Positions 61,750 to 64,000 of a stretch of 64,000 bases of DNA are shown here, piece by piece. The notes beneath the pieces are model-generated. The model had not been told where the DNA came from and did no database searches. It worked only from the letters and a program-made list of their open reading frames with translations. This stretch comes from Acutalibacteraceae bacterium (GTDB lineage Bacteria > Bacillota > Clostridia > Oscillospirales > Acutalibacteraceae), in assembly GCA_045541435.1 (NCBI GenBank), contig JAZQJD010000026.1:164842-228841 (forward strand), given 5' to 3'. Position numbers and translations under genes: made by a program. Numbering within the stretch: position 1 is the first letter of the stretch; each line of letters opens with the position of its first letter.

Positions 61750-62445
61750 TTATTTTCCTCTTAAATAATTAAACCAATATTTTCTAAAGTCTGCCTGCTT
61801 GCGTGTAGCTATGGAAATTCTATCTTTATTCACAAGCAACTCAGTATAAGAATATTTAGTTACATAATTCAAATTAACAAAAAAACTATTATGAACGAGA
61901 TAAAAGTAAGTTTGCGGTAATTTTTCAATCCAATTATCAAGATTACCGCTTGTTTCATAAACCTTATTTTTGGTTACTATATATAACTTACGATTTTCTC
62001 TTTTTACATAACAAATATCATTAACAAATACTTTTACCTGCTCCTTTCCATCTTTTAAGTAAATATCAACCATATTTGTGTTAAGATAGGTCATCGCTTT
62101 ATCTAAACCGGCATAAACTCTTTCCTCGTCAAAGGGTTTATTAAAGAACCGGAAAACCCTTAAATCCATAGCGTCATCTTGAAACTCATTGTGGTTCGTA
62201 ACAAAAAATAATATTATATTTTCATTTCGTTTTTTTAAGGTTTCTGCTAATTTTAAGCCGTCAACCTTTTCCATTTGTATGTCTAAAAATGCTAAATCAT
62301 AAATTTCTTCATTCTCAATAACGGATTTTGAAGATGTTGTTGATACTATTAAGTATTTAAACATTTTATTTTTCATATAGTTTTCAACTGTAACAGTTAA
62401 CTTATCTAAAGAAGCTTTATCATCATCGCACAGTAAAATTTTCAA
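61750..62445 (-). CDS. LytTR-family response regulator
   Basis: Receiver domain (LLCDDD...LDIQM) plus a LytTR DNA-binding domain. TTG start with GAAGGTGA RBS. A TTGACT-17-TATTAT promoter lies upstream. Confidence 0.85.
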   Translation of the reverse strand: MKILLCDDDKASLDKLTVTVENYMKNKMFKYLIVSTTSSKSVIENEEIYDLAFLDIQMEKVDGLKLAETLKKRNENIILFFVTNHNEFQDDAMDLRVFRFFNKPFDEERVYAGLDKAMTYLNTNMVDIYLKDGKEQVKVFVNDICYVKRENRKLYIVTKNKVYETSGNLDNWIEKLPQTYFYLVHNSFFVNLNYVTKYSYTELLVNKDRISIATRKQADFRKYWFNYLRGK

Positions 62446-62620
62446 GTAATCACCTTCTTTTACTCTTTATAAAAATAATACCATCATACTAATATCAAGT
62501 CAATTAAATAAATAATGTAACATATTCCCGAGAAAATGTATCTGTTTTTACAAAATGCAAGAAAAATCGGTTAAAACGCAAGAAAACAGGTGGTCAAAAA
62601 GATTTGACCACCTAAAAAGA

Positions 62621-63451
62621 TTAATCTGCTTTAATTTTTGCTTCTTTTCCGTCTTTAAGAAGTTGTTTAAGGGTTTCTGCATCGTCATTTTTCATAGCAT
62701 CGCTGTATTTTTGAAGCTCAGCAATAATATTATCGAGCTCAAAAATAAGGTTATCTTTGTTATCAAGGAAAAGCTCAGTCCACATATTTTCATTAAGGTA
62801 TGCAACACGGGTCAAATCCTTGTAGCTACCTGCAGAAATACCTTTTCTTTCAATAGCTGAGGGGCTTTTAACGAAAGCATTTGAAACAACGTGAGCAAGC
62901 TGAGAGGTGAAAGCTATAAGCTTATCGTGCTTTTGAGGTGTCATAACAGAAACTCGTCCGAACCCTAATTGCATTATAACCTCTCTGGCATTGGCAAGAG
63001 TTAAAATATCTTCATTTTCTTTTGGAGTTAAAACAAAGGGAGCATTATAAAACATTGTATCCTTTGAATTTTCAAAGCCGGAAAATTGTGTACCTGCCAT
63101 TGGATGACCACCAACAAATGAGAAATTATGCTTGTCTGCTATCTCAAAGCATTTTTCACAAACGGAACGCTTAACACCTGCGCAGTCAATAACTGTTGCA
63201 CCATCTTTGAAAACAGATGCATTTTTCTCAACAAATTCAATTACTGCTTCGGGGTAGAGAGGAATAAATATGTAATCACAAATTGCTATTCTTTTTTCAG
63301 TCAACTCTCCGTCAATACTCTTTTCTGAAATTGCGTTTTTTACGGTTTTCGGGTCAATATCATAGCCATATACCTTAAACTTTGTGTTCTTCTTTGCAGA
63401 TTTTGCAATAGAACCACCAATTAGACCAAGACCAACAACACCAATATTCAT
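62621..63451 (-). CDS. tyrA: Prephenate dehydrogenase
   Basis: NAD-binding VVGLGLIGGS motif. Start at MNIGVVG with a GGGAGG RBS. Terminator hairpin AGGTGGTCAAA...TTTGACCACCT lies downstream. Confidence 0.85.
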   Translation of the reverse strand: MNIGVVGLGLIGGSIAKSAKKNTKFKVYGYDIDPKTVKNAISEKSIDGELTEKRIAICDYIFIPLYPEAVIEFVEKNASVFKDGATVIDCAGVKRSVCEKCFEIADKHNFSFVGGHPMAGTQFSGFENSKDTMFYNAPFVLTPKENEDILTLANAREVIMQLGFGRVSVMTPQKHDKLIAFTSQLAHVVSNAFVKSPSAIERKGISAGSYKDLTRVAYLNENMWTELFLDNKDNLIFELDNIIAELQKYSDAMKNDDAETLKQLLKDGKEAKIKAD

Positions 63452-63765
63452 AATATTTCCTCCCAAGAATTAAAAAATCAAAATAAAAACAAAAATCCCT
63501 TGCAGTGATTATACTGCAAGGGAAAATAAACGATAAAAAACAGCAGCACAAATCACTATTACTTATTAAACAAAGTAATAGTAATAATAGTATGTAACTG
63601 CATTAAACTGTTTCATAACCGTTTTTCCTCTCATTTTTTCTAAATAGTAGCACTAAAAAGTATATTTGTCAATGTTTTTATTTAAATAAAAATAAAAAAG
63701 TCGGAACTTAATCCGACTTTGGTTTTTATATACCCTGAAAACTGAATAAAGAGAAAGCGAAGAAA

Positions 63766-64000
63766 CAAACGAAATGGTCAAGCCCTCGACCTATTAGTAC
63801 TGCTTAGCTGAACACGTCACCGTGCTTACACACGCAGCCTATCAACCTCATAGTCCATAAGGGGTCTTACTAACTTAAGTTATGGGAAATCTAATCTTGG
63901 AGATGGCTTCACGCTTAGATGCTTTCAGCGTTTATCCAATCCGCACATAGCTACTCGGCCGTGCCACTGGCGTGACAACCGATGCACCAGCGGTGCGTCC
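63766..64000 (-). rRNA. rrl: 23S rRNA, 3' end (partial, runs off the window)
   Basis: The reverse complement contains the conserved domain-VI sequence GGATAAACGCTGAAAGCATCTAAGCGTGAAGCC and the GTACTAATAGGTCGAGGGCTTGACC 3' terminus. Confidence 0.85.

Noticed and set aside
1-64000. Prophage, transposase, integrase or CRISPR-cas content
   Set aside because: No integrase, transposase, phage structural or cas-like ORFs were found in any frame. The only mobility signature is the integrase-less tRNA-Thr direct repeat.

Overview
This is a chromosomal window from a low-GC, spore-forming Clostridia genome, probably a Ruminococcus-like cellulosomal organism. The evidence for that is dockerin-type Ca-binding repeats at the C-terminus of a secreted S8 protease, a GH5 hydrolase, and the spoIIAA-spoIIAB-sigF and gpr-spoIIP sporulation operons. 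Most of the window is housekeeping. Recognisable core genes include der preceded by a DUF512 gene, yceD-rpmF, pgi, ychF and a pgk-tpiA-gpmI glycolytic operon. There is a tagB/tagD/tagF-like CDP-glycerol polymer cluster. A cobalamin riboswitch precedes a DUF4430 lipoprotein and an ECF S-component. A complete his operon (yerC/hisR-like, fused hisZG, hisD, hisC, hisB, hisH, hisA, hisF, hisIE) is present, followed by typA, tyrA, a LytTR two-component pair and the 3' end of a 23S rRNA gene. The accessory content is concentrated in two places. The first is an operon of a DUF2201/VWA protein, a cytosolic LRR protein and an AAA ATPase at 2.8-6.8 kb. The second is an island of roughly 11 kb that begins at tRNA-Thr(CGU) (39963) and runs to 51152. 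The island starts with a 31-nt direct duplication of the tRNA 3' end that brackets a 1.9-kb insert. That insert holds an iteron-like array of the 9-mer TATATCATC (three direct and two exact inverted copies plus degenerate ones, each beside a small hairpin) and two unknown genes. Further along are an ECF sigma/anti-sigma pair and an operon pairing an SPFH/band-7 protein with triple zinc ribbons and a zinc-ribbon plus TIR-domain tail-anchored protein (candidate new defence/abortive-infection module). A BlaI/BlaR1-like pair with an oversized sensor domain closes the island. Three copies of one conserved hairpin family act as terminators inside this island. Other oddities are a 275-nt inverted-repeat-bounded structured insert between hisD and hisC and a HisZ-HisG fusion. 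There is also an unannotated 52-aa membrane ORF coupled (ATGA) to spoIIP and a highly structured pgk-tpiA intergenic region.
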